Shown here piece after piece: positions 1 to 12,993 of a stretch of 64,000 nt of DNA. The stretch is taken from contig JANJGN010000022.1 in assembly GCA_026770705.1 (NCBI GenBank), positions 21,390,001 through 21,454,000 of the forward strand, in the 5' to 3' direction. The position numbers and the translations under genes are program-made. Each line of letters begins with the position of its first letter. Within the stretch, counting starts at the first letter, position 1. The notes beneath the pieces are model-generated. The model was given only the letters and a program-made list of their open reading frames with translations. It made no database searches and was not told the origin of the DNA. Origin of the DNA: Isurus oxyrinchus. Lineage: Eukaryota.

Positions 1-195
1 GTCTTCTGGCATTTAAATGAGAAACGTTTATAGGACTGAAAATGCCTGCCATTACATAGTTAAACGATGATTATTGCTTATTGGATTTTACTATTGACCA
101 CACCCCATTTTAAATAAAACAAAGTATATATCTTTCAAATGGTTATGAAAGTTTGTGAATACTACATATCTGTTGATATGTTTGAATTTCTTCAG

Positions 196-349
196 ATTAT
201 TCTCTGGGTTGGCCTAGTCATTCTGGTGATCAGCACATTTACTACTCTGACTGCAACAAGTGAACAACCGGTGACACCTGAAAAGCCTCCACAGGACATT
301 AACCATGAAAAGCTACAAAATGAAATGGACCAGCAACAGAAAATCTCAG
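196..349 (+). CDS. SLC38A10: SLC38A10 internal exon encoding the last TM helix and the start of the long C-terminal tail
   Basis: ttcag acceptor ends at 195, AG|gtaagt donor at 350; IILWVGLVILVISTFTTL resembles recalled human VVLWVGLGVLVVSTVTTL; phase 0 in, phase 1 out. Confidence 0.95.
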
Positions 350-1592
350 GTAAGTGTGGGAGTGGAGAAGAGACCTTGGTGATTTTAAAGTGTCAAACCT
401 TGTTATATCTGAGCACTGAGAAACATGAACCATAATTTTATGGATGGGTAGCAGATACAGTCTTGTTAAGATAACAAGTTATTTAGGTAAGAAATTTAAA
501 TACATAAATACTGCATAAGACTAAGATGATGTAAAGGAAAATTAGTGGCATTGTCATTCACTGATTATTTAATTATGCAAAACTAATTTACACTCCACCA
601 TAGAAAGAGATGAGAGGGAAGTGCCAGAAAGGCTTTCAGTTGAGTATAACATTAATGTGTGTACACTTTGGTCATGAATTACAAATTTTTTTGAGCAATC
701 GATGGTTATTTTTTAAACTTGATTTTCATTCTGCATCCCCACCACCACCCTCACCAATGTTCTTGACATAATAGCCCATAACCATCCACACTAATGGTTC
801 TAAACCTTATTTATACCCTGATCTTTGGATGACAGAAAAGAAAGCCATTGGATTTCGGAATGGGGGGGCCTGGGGAGAACAGATAAGCGTCCTTATGCTT
901 TCCAGTAACAAATGCAGGTATAAAACACATAATTGAACTTAGAAAATTAAAAGAAATCTGTACTATAATAATTTCTGAGTTAGTTATAGATTTCCATTTC
1001 TTTTAAAATAGCATGCACTGAACAGTATTAATCTATTTCAGACATCTTACAAAACCATTCTCTCCCTAAACTATTCACTATCAATTTCTGCTCATGCCTG
1101 TTTAGACCTGGGATCTTCTCTAGCAATCTGTCCTTTGCAGATTTGTGTGACATGATACTCTTCTTAGTTTGCTTACAGGGTTAAACATAAGCTAATGGTA
1201 TGCTACCATACTCACAATGGATTGGTGAATATTGAATAGAAACTTTTTTTAGATTTAAGTTAATTTAGATGACACAAAAAAGACAAGGATATAACATAAA
1301 TATAAGAAAAATTCATATTGGCTCAGTTACTATTTGAAAGAATGCTTTTTTTAAATCAAAATTAAATCTCAAACTTTCAAGTTTGGCATATATCCTATGC
1401 TTTGGATTGTACTTAATGTAACCCACAAATAGTGTAGTGGAATACTTTGACCTGATGCAGACCTTGGAATATATTTTGGTGCTGCTTTGGAGACCTGCTT
1501 TTAATCCCTTAATTCTTTTGAAGCCAGGTTTCCAAGACTAGCTTAATGATATATTTGTAAATAAAATTGACAAATGCTATTGTTGCACTTCC

Positions 1593-2604
1593 TGTGGGGG
1601 GTACTGTAACCAAAATTGCTGAGTGACTCAGATAAAGAAATTTCCAACAAGAATCCATTTTTTGTAGCTTTTATTTTAACATGAATCAGAACCAATGTAA
1701 AATGAAACAACAGATAAATAATACTTCAAATAAAAAGGTAAATTTCACTTTAAAAATGCTTCTTGCGCAACACAAGCACCCCCATCACTCCCCACATAAA
1801 TATGGCACTACCAAGCTACACAGTTTCACAGAATGCTGTTCTTTTTTGAAGTAAGGTAGATCAGGAGTCCTATCTGACAACAGCTTTTACCTCCAAGTTT
1901 CACAGGTACGATTATAGTCAACAATACACGCTTCTATGAACCCTCTCCCTCGGCTCATGACAGTCCTGATCGTGTACCTTTCCAGAGTTCCTTTTCAACC
2001 AGCCAACCAATAACATCCAGTTCATGGTTTGGCCACTTCTGGGAAAACACTCAGCTCTTTAGTGCCTCTGACCTATTCACACAGCTTTCCAGATTTTATA
2101 CCTTTTTAATTAACTCGGACATGCCTCCAAGAGCTCTTGTCTCTTTTTCTGCCAAGCAGAAAAATTGACCTCTTCCTGAGAGTAATTTGCTTTTTCTACT
2201 CGCAAGACTTCAGACTCGCAAAGAGATTCCTCTTTGTCTCTGTCTGCTTTTTCTGTGTCTGCATCTGTGCCTTCACCTTCCAGCTCCACTGCTTCTAGCT
2301 CTTTTGTTCAGGCCACATGACTTCTGGCCCAACTTCCATCCTGTTGGTACTGCTTCCAGATCAAGGGTTGTCAGGTCATATAGATCAGTATTTCTTATTA
2401 TCCAAGAAAATTACAATCGATACAAATTCTTAAATGTCCTTTTCAAACATTCTTAAAAACAATTAGATTCCCTAGACATTTTAAAGAAATTGCACATTTT
2501 CCTTACTGCTACTGCTTTCTGGTCAAAGGTTGACACACTGCTTACAATTTGCATACATATATAGTTGTTTATTCATAAATACAATATTAACTTCATACCC
2601 TTCA
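1593..2604 (-). mobile_element. Probable solo LTR, about 1 kb
   Basis: TG...CA ends with imperfect inverted termini (tgtggggggta / tacccttca), LTR-like composition, minus-strand AATAAA near 1670; no clean TSD. Confidence 0.45.
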
Positions 2605-2669
2605 CTCAGCAAAATCCATTTTTTCTGCCAATTTTGACAATTCAAAAGTTTCAGGTAAACTGTTCTGTT

Positions 2670-2699
2670 GGCTAAAGGATAACCGGCTAAAGGATAACC
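2670..2699. repeat. 15-bp tandem duplication ggctaaaggataacc x2
   Basis: Exact duplication seen in the sequence. Confidence 0.9.
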
Positions 2700-2719
2700 A
2701 AACCCCCCTAATGTTTACA

Positions 2720-2884
2720 CACTATGTTCCCTCTAACTTCTGTTGCTATGCACTGTATGGTACACACATTTAAGATTGATACACGTATATCTTAAAGGGA
2801 ATGTTGCTTGTGCATGGCATGTTTGTTCCTGGTACTATGTATTCCAAATTGCTACATGACCCCACAGATTCAAGGAAACATCAG
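2720..2884. mobile_element. Decayed short MITE (hAT-like)
   Basis: Imperfect terminal inverted repeats atgttccctctaa / ttcaaggaaacat. Confidence 0.35.
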
Positions 2885-3456
2885 TTACAAAAGTAATCTA
2901 TTTAGCCCATTCTGATTGCAGGAAATCTTGTTGTTTACTTGTTAGTGCATTGATTGAATTAAGTATTTAAATCAGTGAACTACTTTGATCTAGGATCTAT
3001 AAGCCAATGCCTTTTTCTTTATTTAAAAGTGAAACTAAAGAAACTGTTTAAAAAGGCCATAGACTATACTTTTCTGGCAAGTATTTTGGCATAGGTCATT
3101 TGTAATAAGATCTGCTTTATTTGTTTGAATGTTATTATTGTAGTCCTGTTAATGCAAAACTGCGCAATGTTCAGGCTATGTCTAGTATATTAAAACCAAA
3201 ATACTGTAGATGCTGGAAATCTGAAATAAACAGCATTTTGTTTTTAAGCATATTGACATTTATTATAGGTAAAAAAAAATTTAAAGTGATGAAACATGCT
3301 CATTGCTTGTATTCACGGCATAAAACTCTGTGACAAATCTTGTCTTATTATAATCTTCTGTTACCAGTGTGATTTAGCCAGTAATTGACATTTTCTTTTA
3401 CAAATGTCACAATGCTACATGATTTCATTGCAAATTCTTGTTTCTGATGTATTCAG

Positions 3457-3476
3457 ATGGGAAAAATCCGATCTGA
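3457..3476 (+). CDS. SLC38A10: Candidate alternative terminal exon of SLC38A10 (DGKNPI-stop)
   Basis: ttcttgtttctgatgtattcag acceptor; phase-1 reading gives D G K N P I TGA; AATAAA at 3556 and 4334. Confidence 0.45.
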
Positions 3477-5113
3477 AGCCCCATGCTACGATCTATATAA
3501 ATTGTCATTGATATGTAAACATGTCGTTATGACGTTGTGTGCTGTCAGACTAGTCAATAAACAATTAGTGTACCAGCTTTAAAAATATTCCTACACTGTT
3601 TTAACAAAAAGTATTTATACATTAATGGGTACTCGAGGAACAGTTCCAAGATGCATTCCTTTGGAGATTATAACCTAGTAATCATTCCAAGATTTTTTCC
3701 AACGGAGCCTGTGTTTGTGTGATAATTTCATTGGCCCAATTTTAGTAAGATGACAAACTATTCCATTTCTTTTTGGCAGAGTCAGATGGATCACTGGTAT
3801 GGAAGTTCTGTGTATTTGATACCCTCAGCTTGGCCTAGCAAAAGGGTCAATGATACCAGCATTTATAGGTTAAAACCATTTGTTGGTTTGTTTATAAATG
3901 TATATCTCTTTTTTTTTTAAAAAAAGATTTTCTGTGTTCTGCTGTGAAGCATAGATGTAATTTTCAGTGAACAGTGGAGAGGATGCATTGAGGTGATAAA
4001 TGGCAGGGAAATTCTCTTGGAGCACATATGTTCCAAAATGTGGTGTCATTGACATGACTATAAACTGATTGGAAGCTGGTTGCACTCTTTTTTTCCCAGC
4101 CAAAATTAAGTATTCCCTATGCCCCCTTCAAAATATATTTGCTCTAATCAAGAAGGAAAGCAGGCAATCTGTTTGCTGGCTCTGACAGTGCTGCACTTGT
4201 GCTAGCTTTTAGGTTCGACATGAGTGGTAGCAATTGACTTGTACAGTTTTTCCTCTGAACGTGAAACAGTGGCTAAATCCTTATGGTACTGATAGATCTA
4301 CAAATGTGCTTTTAACCCCTATGTAGTAAACTGAATAAAACAATGAATATTATACTTTTGTTTGTATAGTTGTCTCAGCAACCGATCACATTATGTAGTT
4401 TTGCTACCAGCATATAAGTGCAATAATTATATATTCACTCAGCCTACTTTGTGATCTTGCCCTGCTTTAAGCACCCTGTTGGATTGTTTTAACCTTTTCC
4501 TCTCTGCCTGAAAAAATTTCTTGGTGCAATATTACTAATTAAAATCAAAAGACTTTAAAGGAAACAGTTACATCACTATAGGATTCCCCGAATGTAGAGC
4601 TTGAGAAACAACTCAACAGATCCCAGAATCTTAATGCCCCCAATTTGAGCTTTTCAGCAATGCCTCATTTCAGACATTACTTCATATGTTATATCTGTAG
4701 TCCCCAAATTGCAGTAACAGTTTAACCTGAAAGAAAGTGTGTAATAATCCAATCAGCTGTGAATAATTACATTTGGACTATCTCATTGTAAAGTCATAAC
4801 ATAGATTCTGATGATATTGGATATTTCAGATCTAACTTTTGTTCTCAGCTGTCCGGTATCATGTTAAGGGGTGTATTAAAATAATTTAAAATTTATGTGC
4901 AAGTGGTAACAAAAAAAAAAGCCAATGTCTAAAGTTCTCTCGAAGATCTAACGATGGTTGCCAGTCAGATGTGCTGGAACTTTACAAGTTTGCTGGAGAT
5001 CTTGCTTATTCAAAATTTGCTTAAAAGAATAGCAAGCTACAAGTTAGACTTAGGTCTTGGGCACCCCCTTCAGTGCAAGCCTGTCAGTAAGGTCTTTTTA
5101 AGCAGGTGCTATG

Positions 5114-5130
5114 TGACCCTGCTTTGACCT
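5114..5130 (-). promoter_or_regulatory. Consensus DR5 nuclear-receptor element (RARE-type)
   Basis: Minus strand reads AGGTCA aagca GGGTCA, an exact RGKTCA-N5-RGKTCA match; function untested. Confidence 0.4.
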
Positions 5131-5804
5131 TCACCATCTGTGTCCTGTTTTTCCTGATGCAAAAATACTCCAATTCTGCATTCAAAAGGAACAAACGTAA
5201 AACACGCGTCCTGGGGATTATCCTAACATTGGGGCTGTCACAATAATTTATTACCAAATTAACCAGCCCTGATGAGACAAAATATTGATTATTTTTAGCA
5301 TAATGATGGTAATGTTTAATGTGATAATTGTATGAGCTGTGGCAGTAATTGTCACTATGTTAATTGTGCCTAAATCCTTTCACGTGACATATCCTGACTT
5401 TCTCGGAGGGAACCTCATTGTTCTTCTGTGGAAGAGCAGAAGAGAATGTGGCTTGAGTTGAGGCTCATTTCAATAATGGAAATCTACAGCATTTTCTTGT
5501 ATTTAATAGCTGGAATGCGTTTTCCTTTCAATAAAGTGCTGATGGGCAAGAATGATATTTCCATTTACAGAAAGGTTCTTTGGCAGTTTCTATACTTGGG
5601 TGAAAATACGTGCATAACAAGGATCACATAGACTTGCTTCACAGCAGTTCTTGAACACTACCAAGCAGCCTTACTCCTTTGATCTGTAATAATTCTTCTG
5701 CTATCAAAAATGATCCTTTTTTTTCCCCAGAGTGTATAAATCCAGTACTTTTTTGGAGTAGCAAACAGACATTAGCCTTGGAAGAATAAACATAAACCCA
5801 GTAA

Positions 5805-5925
5805 TGATTGTCAGAGGAAATGTCATTGATCTGAAACGTTAACTCTGTTTCTGTCTCCGCAGATGTTGCCCGACTTGCTGAGTATTTCAGATTTCCAGCA
5901 TCTGCAGTATTCTGCTTTACTATAC
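5805..5925 (+). mobile_element. Penelope-derived terminal fragment (family B), decayed hammerhead region
   Basis: ctgaaacgttaactctgtttctgtctccgcagatgttgcc...gctgagtatttc, shared with 7388, 30400, 35460 and 63600. Confidence 0.75.
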
Positions 5926-5991
5926 ACACCAGTTTGAATAAGATCCTTCACATTTCTAAAGCATGCCAGGGAGTGAGTAATAATTAAACTT

Positions 5992-6989
5992 TGTTACGAC
6001 TGGTCCCCAGGCGAAGTCCCCCAATTTGTTAGCTTCCCGAATGGGACCCCTAATTTTGTTATGCTCTCGGGTGAGGAGAAATGTGCTGCCTCCCCTTCTT
6101 TATTCTACTCTCTCGGTTGGTTGCAACAAGGGATCCCTTCCTCTCCCTTGGATACCTTTTCCCAGACCAAATGTATTCATTTTTTTGAGGAGCCAATTTA
6201 ACCAGACTTTCTTGAGTCAAAGAGTAAGTTTATTAGTTACTAAAACCTGAGGGAAAAAAATCAACAGATGATGGATTTTTGGGTGATTGCTGAGATGTGC
6301 AAATCAGTCTTTTGTCTCTGCAACCGCAGGTTAAAGTTCTGTCTTTTGCATCTTTCCTATCTCCCTTTCAATGTCTCTGCTTGAAGAAGGCCATGATACT
6401 TTTTCAGGTACGACATTCCATATTCTCTCAGGACAACTCTGTCAGTATAATCCACATAGGAATTTTCCAAAACGTGGTCACTTTACATTATCAGCCATCC
6501 TTTGCTCTGTGTCCTTGCTTGTATTTCTTTAAAAACACGCCAGTCTTCCTTAAAAAGTTCAATATGCCCGTAAGTAATTCGTGGCAGTGATCAACTTTTC
6601 ATGATAACTTGAAGTTGATCCAAAAGAATGAAATTGGTGTAACCTTTGAAGAGCTGTATTCCATTGTTTTGATAGTCAAAAATAATTTTTCACCTGGCCT
6701 GCATTGCTTAATTCATGAGAACCACCATCATCAAACTTTTTAAGTTAAAACTTATTTATTCCAGTTAGGGCATAGCAGAATGTGCCCTTTGTTTAAACTC
6801 TCAATAGCTGATAACTCCCTTCACTTGTGACTTTAACAAGTATTTCCATAGTAACAGTACTGCTACTAATGCTGAGATACCTGAACTAAAATGTTTTCTG
6901 TAATGACAGCCATAAGAGAATGAGAGTTTTATTCATTGCTTTGAGAAGACATCACACTTCTTTTGATATCATGACATCACTATATGTCA
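5992..6989 (-). mobile_element. Probable solo LTR, about 1 kb
   Basis: Starts tgttacgac, candidate end ...tgtca, flanked by ACTT on both sides (5988-5991, 6990-6993); the right boundary is uncertain. Confidence 0.5.
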
Positions 6990-7387
6990 ACTTAATCCAT
7001 AATTTATGTTTCATATTTATATCTATATTCCGATCTCTTGTATAGAATTTGAATGCTTGTTTGCATCAGCAATAAATCTTGAATATGAATGACTCACTGA
7101 AGAACCGTAATGCGAGGAAATAATACTTGATGTGCAAAGTATAGAACAAGGCTTGCTCATTTTTTTTGAAAAGGATAGAGTCTAAAAATGTATTGGAACA
7201 AATAATAAATACACTTTTTTGACTTCAAGCTAAAGTATTAATCCTTCATGTATAAAAGTGTCGATTTTGTTCAGTTCGCACTTTTTTGAATCAAGACTAT
7301 AGATTTGAATGTCATGTGAGTGGATAATCCAAATTGAGTGTAGCATTGTTGTACTCTCCTTCAAATGAAACATTAAACTGAAGCTGT

Positions 7388-7489
7388 AATAAAAACAATG
7401 ATTACTAGAAATACTCAGCAGGCCTGACAGTATCTGTGGAGAGAAACAGAGTTAACATTTCAGGTCGAGATGATCTTTCAACAGAACTG
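7388..7489 (-). mobile_element. Penelope-derived terminal fragment (family B) inserted in an old SINE
   Basis: 14-bp direct repeat TAAACTGAAGCTGT at 7374-7387 and 7490-7503; minus strand ctgttgaaagatcatctcgacctgaaatgtta is a decayed hammerhead. Confidence 0.8.
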
Positions 7490-7547
7490 TAAACTGAAGC
7501 TGTGCCTGCTAGTTCTCTTCCTGGATTAAATGGAGCATAAATGAGCA

Positions 7548-9760
7548 TAGTACTAAGAGTCATACAGCACAGAAACAGGCCCTTTGGCCGATCGTGTCTG
7601 TGCCAGCTGTCAAGCACCTATCTATTCTAAGCCCATTTTCCAGCACTTGGTCCGTACCCCTGTATGTTATGGCTTTTCAAGTGCTCTTCTAAATACTTCT
7701 TAAATGTTTTGAGAGTTTCTGCTTCTCCCACCCTCTCAGACAGTGTGTTCCAGATTCCAACCACCCTCTGAGTGAAAAAAAATTCCTCAAATCCCCCTCT
7801 AAACTTCCTGCTCCTTGCCTTAAATCTATGCCCCAGGTTATTGACATCTCTGCTAAGGGGAAAAGTTTCTTCCTATCTATGCCCCTCATAATTTTGCATA
7901 CCTCTATCAGGCCCCCCTCGGCTTCTCTGCTCTAAAGAAAACAACCCTCGCTTATCCAGTCTCTCTTCATAGCTGAAATGCTCCAGCCCAAGCAACATCC
8001 TGGTGAATCTCTTCTGTGCCCATCCTTCCTATAGTGTGGTGACCAGAACTGCACATAGTACTCCAGCTGTGGCCTAACTAGTGTTTTATACAGCTCCAAC
8101 ATAACCTCCCTGCTCTTATATTCTGTGCCTCAGCTAATAAAGGCAAGTATCCCATATGTCATCTTAACCACCTTATCTACCTGTGGTGCTGCCTTCAAGG
8201 GCCTATGGACATGTGCATTAAGGTCCCTCTGATCCTCTGTACTTCCTAGGGCCCTACGATTTATTGTGTATTCCCTTGCGGGGTTAGTCTTCCCAAAATG
8301 CATCACCTCTCACTTCTCAAGATTAATTTCCATTTGCTACTGCTCTGCCCATCTTACCAGCCCATCTATATCGTCCTGTAATCTAAGGCTTTCCTCCGCA
8401 CTATTTACAACACTACCAAATTTTGTGTCATCTGCGAACTTACTGATTATACCTCCTATATTCTAGTCTAAACCGTTAATGTATCCTGCAAACAGCAAGG
8501 ACCCTAGCACCGATCCCTGCGGTGCATCACTCATCACAGGCTTCCAATTGCAAAAACGGCCTTCAACTATCACCCTCTGCCTCCTGCCACTAAGCCAATT
8601 TTGGATCCAATTTGCCAAATTGCCTGGATCCTACGGGCTCTTATCTTCTTGACCATTCTCCCATGCAGGACCTTGTCAACAGCCTTACTGAAGCCCATGA
8701 AGGCTACATCAACTGCACTACCCTCATCTACACAAATAGTCACCTCATTGAAAAATTCAGTCAAATTTGTTAGACATGATGTCCCTGTGACAAAGCCATG
8801 CTGACTATCCCTGATTAATCCCTGACTCTCCAAGTGGTGATTAATCCTGCCCCTTAGACTTTTTTCCAATAGTTACCATACTACTGATGTTAGACTCACT
8901 GGCCTGTAATTACCTGATTTATTCCTACTATCCTTCCTGAATAATGGTACCACATTCATTGTCCTCCAGTCCTCTGGCACCCCTCCTGTGGCCAGAGAGA
9001 ATTTGAAAATTAGGGTCAGAATCCCTGCAATCTACTCCCTTGCCTCACATAGCAGCCTGGGATACATCTCATCTGGACCAGGGAATTTATCTACTTTGGA
9101 GCCGCTGATACTTCCTCCCTTTTAATGCTAATTTGTTCAAGTATATCACGTCCCCCTCCCTGATTTCTACACCTACATAGTCCTTCTCCATAGTGAACAC
9201 AGATGAAAAATAATCATTCAAAATCCCACCTACGTCTTCCAGCTCCACACACAGATTGCCACTTTGGGCCCTACTATTTCCCTGGTTATCTTCTTGCCCT
9301 TAATGTATTTATAAAATGCCTTGGAATTTTCCTTTATCTTGCCTGTCAGTGTTTTCTCATGCTTCCTCTTTGCTCTCCTAATTACTTTCTATACTCCTGT
9401 AGGACTTCTGCTGTTTTTGGCCCTCCATCTGCCATAAACCTTCTTTTTCCCTTATTCAATCCTCTATATCCCTTGACATCTAGGGTTCCCTGGACTTGTT
9501 GGTCCTACCTTTCACCTTTATGGGAACATGTTAGGCCTGAATGCACACTTTCCTTTTTGAATGACCCCCACTGGTCTGTTGTAGACTTACCTACAAGTAG
9601 TTGTTTCCAGTCCACTTTGGCCAGACCCTGTCTTTCCACATTGAAATCGTCCTTCCCCCAACCCAGGACCTTTATTTCCAGTCCACCTTTGTCCTTTTCC
9701 ATAACTACCTTAAATCTTAGAGTTATGGTCACTATCCCAAGAGTTATGGTCACTATTCCA
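7548..9760 (-). mobile_element. 5'-truncated, decayed CR1-clade LINE
   Basis: Minus-strand peptide QHGFVTGTSCLTNLTEFF...VDVAFMGFSKAVDKV is typical CR1 reverse transcriptase; 3' tail near 7550; 21-bp tandem duplication at the 5' junction (9719-9760). Confidence 0.9.
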
Positions 9761-9925
9761 AGCAGAGTGCTATTGTGGTTTTCTCAAACAATTCCGTCAA
9801 AAACAGATGTTTCATTTTACTATTGTTTGTGGGACTTTGCTGCGTACAAAATGCTTGCTGCATTTGTATTGCAAAACATTGCAGTTCAAGGTAATTCATT
9901 GCATGTGAAGCATTGATAGATATTT
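9761..9925 (+). mobile_element. 3' part of an old tRNA-SINE (Deu/SacSINE-like) split by the CR1
   Basis: ttgtttgtgggactttgctgcgtacaaaatg...gtaattcattg similar to the SINE tail at 42450-42550. Confidence 0.55.
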
Positions 9926-10292
9926 TTAAGAAGTGTGATGATATAATTACATTGATGCAAACTCGGCTTGTTTGCAATAGTGCTCTTCATGTTTTGGGAT
10001 TTTTGATCATTGTTTCCTTTAAAGTAAGAATTTAGGAATGAGTTATATTTGAGGCTTGGGTTTTAAAATGAATACTGAGAAATATATAAACTCTGACTGA
10101 CTGCCCCCAGAGTCTTCATTCTTGTATACTCTGAGGATGGGATCCCTGACTTCCCCTTTCAAGGGATGTAGGCCTTTCAACCAAACCATCTGCTCCTGTT
10201 CCTAGGAGCATATTCTCAGTGCATAGCTCCTGCTGGGCTCACATGGACAGAATTATCCTCATCATAATAGGCCTGGTTGTTTGTTAGGCTAT

Positions 10293-10625
10293 TAGAACAT
10301 AACTTAAGAACACGGAGCAGAAGTGAGCCACTTGGCTTCTTGAGCCTGCTTGTCATTTAATAAGATCATGGCTGATTCTCAACCTCAACATCATATGGAC
10401 ATACAAATTAGGAGTACGTCATCGGGCCCCTCAAGCCTGTTCCACCATTCAATAGGACCATGGCTAACCTGATTGTGGCCTCAAATCCACTTTCCTGCCT
10501 ACCCTTGTTACCCTTTGACTCCCTTTGACACTCCTGCCCAATCCCCATATCCTTTTCTTTCCTTAGTGTCCAAAAATCTATTGATTTCAGCCCTGCACAT
10601 ACTCAGCGACTGAGCAGCCACAATA
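10293..10625 (-). mobile_element. Two stacked CR1 3'-end fragments
   Basis: Two agaacata/acatac...ggag...gcctg...ttcaata.gatcatggct units like the CR1 tail at 16438. Confidence 0.75.
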
Positions 10626-10999
10626 TAGGGTTGTTTCATAACCCTGACCATTTTAGATAATAAGCAGAGTTTGTTCATTAACACATCACACTCCCTGCTG
10701 TTTGTGTGGAAAATCTTTTTTTAAAAACCTGTGCGAATTCACTTTATTTTAAAACATAACCTTTTCATGCAACTCAAAGTGAAATTCCCTGGTTTAAAAA
10801 ATTGTTCAAAAATCATTACCAAAATGTTTCTGCTCTGAATAGAGCATGTGCTTACCAACTTCAATAATCAGTAGTTTACTGCTTTAGCTCACTGCCTTTT
10901 CATAATGTTTTGAATAAAAATTGATGTACATTGTTCCAGTTTCCTCCCCTTCCTATATCTCCCATCATCGCTGAATGCAACAGTTGTTGCATGTTTGGT

Positions 11000-11460
11000 T
11001 AACTGGGAACTTGGGTAGCATTTCTGTAGAATGCCCAACTGTCCATTCTTCATGGATAATTTTGATATTGCTTTTCAGCTAGCTATTTAATTGTTAGAGG
11101 GCATAGCAGCCAAGTGCAAACCTGTTCTCATTCTGTCTATTGAGCAAAATTGGTAAAAATCCTAAATGTAGGTTGGATGATGCATGCAGATCCAAAGGTG
11201 AAAAAAGAAGATGCCTCAAGGGGGAAAGTTAACTTCCCTAATGATCTTATGTGGGTTGGAAGGAGGCTTCAATAAATAGCAATCAAGAATGAAAATCTTG
11301 GTTGATTTTTCCTCTTTATCCTTTCTCTATCCGATGGATGCTGGAGGCATTGTAGTATCCCAAATGAAATGAGCTAACTCATCATTGGCTGAACATGAAA
11401 CTTGAAACCTCCTGGTTTCTTTGCCTTGGTACTATACTGAGCTGTATCATTACTCAGCAT
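11000..11460 (-). mobile_element. Decayed LF-SINE-like element
   Basis: ggttgatttttcc...gagctaactca...aacctcctgg resembles the recalled LF-SINE consensus in reverse; similar to 28745-29080. Confidence 0.4.
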
Positions 11461-12993
11461 ATGGGGAAATAATTTGCCACATTTTAAGGTATGGTGTCTC
11501 CTTTTACTTTGACCTTGCACTATTCCTGAGCAAAAGGCTTGGCTTTTTAGATTTTATCCAATTCTGCTCAAATCAGGGTACCAGTAAGTACATAACGATG
11601 TTCCTCTATAACCCTTTATCACCATCATCACCTTTACTTCAATAATTTTACGCAATGAAGTTGGTGAAAATGGTGATGATGGAGAACGTTGGGTGGTGCA
11701 GTCCTGTGTATTGGTACTGTCTGCTGCCTAGCCCACTTGAGTCATCCCATTTATTTCACTGCTTTTACATCCAGCAGATCACACTCTGGATTGTTTTCAT
11801 AGCAAAGACCATTTTCTTACGTGAACAGGTCACTAGCTTGACTCCTGACTTTCCACCAAGAGACCCGACTAAATGCGATAGGATGGATTGCCATTCCTCC
11901 CATTGAATATCAACCCAGTTTTCAGAGGCTGGAACTTGCTACAGCTATCTAGAGGAGCTCAAACCCATAGCATTCTAGCTTAAGTTGGAATGCTGCCACC
12001 GCACCAAGGCTCACTCTGACTGGCAACACTACCATAAAGAAAACTACACACAAAGCAGTTGTCAGAATGCTATCAGAGTGGGGGTGTCTTTAAAACTGGA
12101 ACTTGATTAGAAGGCAGAATACCTTTCATATTTTCTTAATGCACAGGAATCCTCGTTTTGACTTCCAAACCCACTATATGGTCATCTAACAGTAAATAAT
12201 ATGTAAATAGGATGAACGGATTGTATTTCTGATGTATGAAAAGCTGGGAATGATTATCAAACACCATAGAAACATTTAGTTCAAAATCTTGTACGTTCTC
12301 AATGTTGTAAAATTAATGGTGAATGAAAAAGAGTTACGTCTTTTGATTTAAAAAAAAAAGTGCAAGATAAATGATCTATAATGTTGTATTTCTGCCAAAC
12401 ATAACCATTTAACAATAGTTTGATGGAATGGTATTTGACAGGCACATCCCAAGCTGCTTACCTCTTTTGTATAAGACTCCTTACAAATCTAGATAACTTG
12501 CTTACAATCTCCTGAAAGTTCAATAGGTCAGTAAACACAAGAACTAGTTTTGCTTTCGGAAGATGTAGCCATTTGATTGCTTAAGAAATTGTGCATGAAT
12601 GACATTGAGCAAAACAAAAGCAGTCCCATGGCCTGCTTTACACCTTACATAAAACTGCTTACTGATGACTCATTGGATTATAGTTGCAGCTATGATTGGG
12701 GAGATGGGGATAACCGAACAAAATACAGTACAGAAGAAGGTTTTTGCCTCTGTGGATGCTAGCCCCATTTTCTTATAACCTCTCAATAACCTTTTACATT
12801 ATTTTTCGAATACTTTTCCAATTCCGTTTTAAATTAAATCAGTATTTTGTCTTAATAGGTGAATATTGTAACGCATTCCATGTTCTAATAATTGTCTTTA
12901 TGCAAAAGAAATTATTCTAACTCCCTTTTTCAGAACTGATAATGAACCTTTTGTTACTGATTTAATAGCAAGCAGAAAACGATCTTTCGCCAC

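Noticed and set aside
836-917. Possible cassette exon (gacag...AG|gtataa), open in phase 1
   Set aside because: Weak pyrimidine tract and donor; 82 nt would frameshift; no homology
2187-2456. 89-aa ORF with a hydrophobic, signal-peptide-like start
   Set aside because: Low-complexity CT-rich sequence inside a probable LTR; non-ATG start
3780-3796. Strong acceptor followed by a gtatgg donor (micro-exon)
   Set aside because: 17 nt is not frame-preserving, and it lies within the putative alternative 3' UTR
9203-9916. 237-aa ORF
   Set aside because: Antisense to decayed CR1 ORF2 and runs into a SINE; no protein-like features
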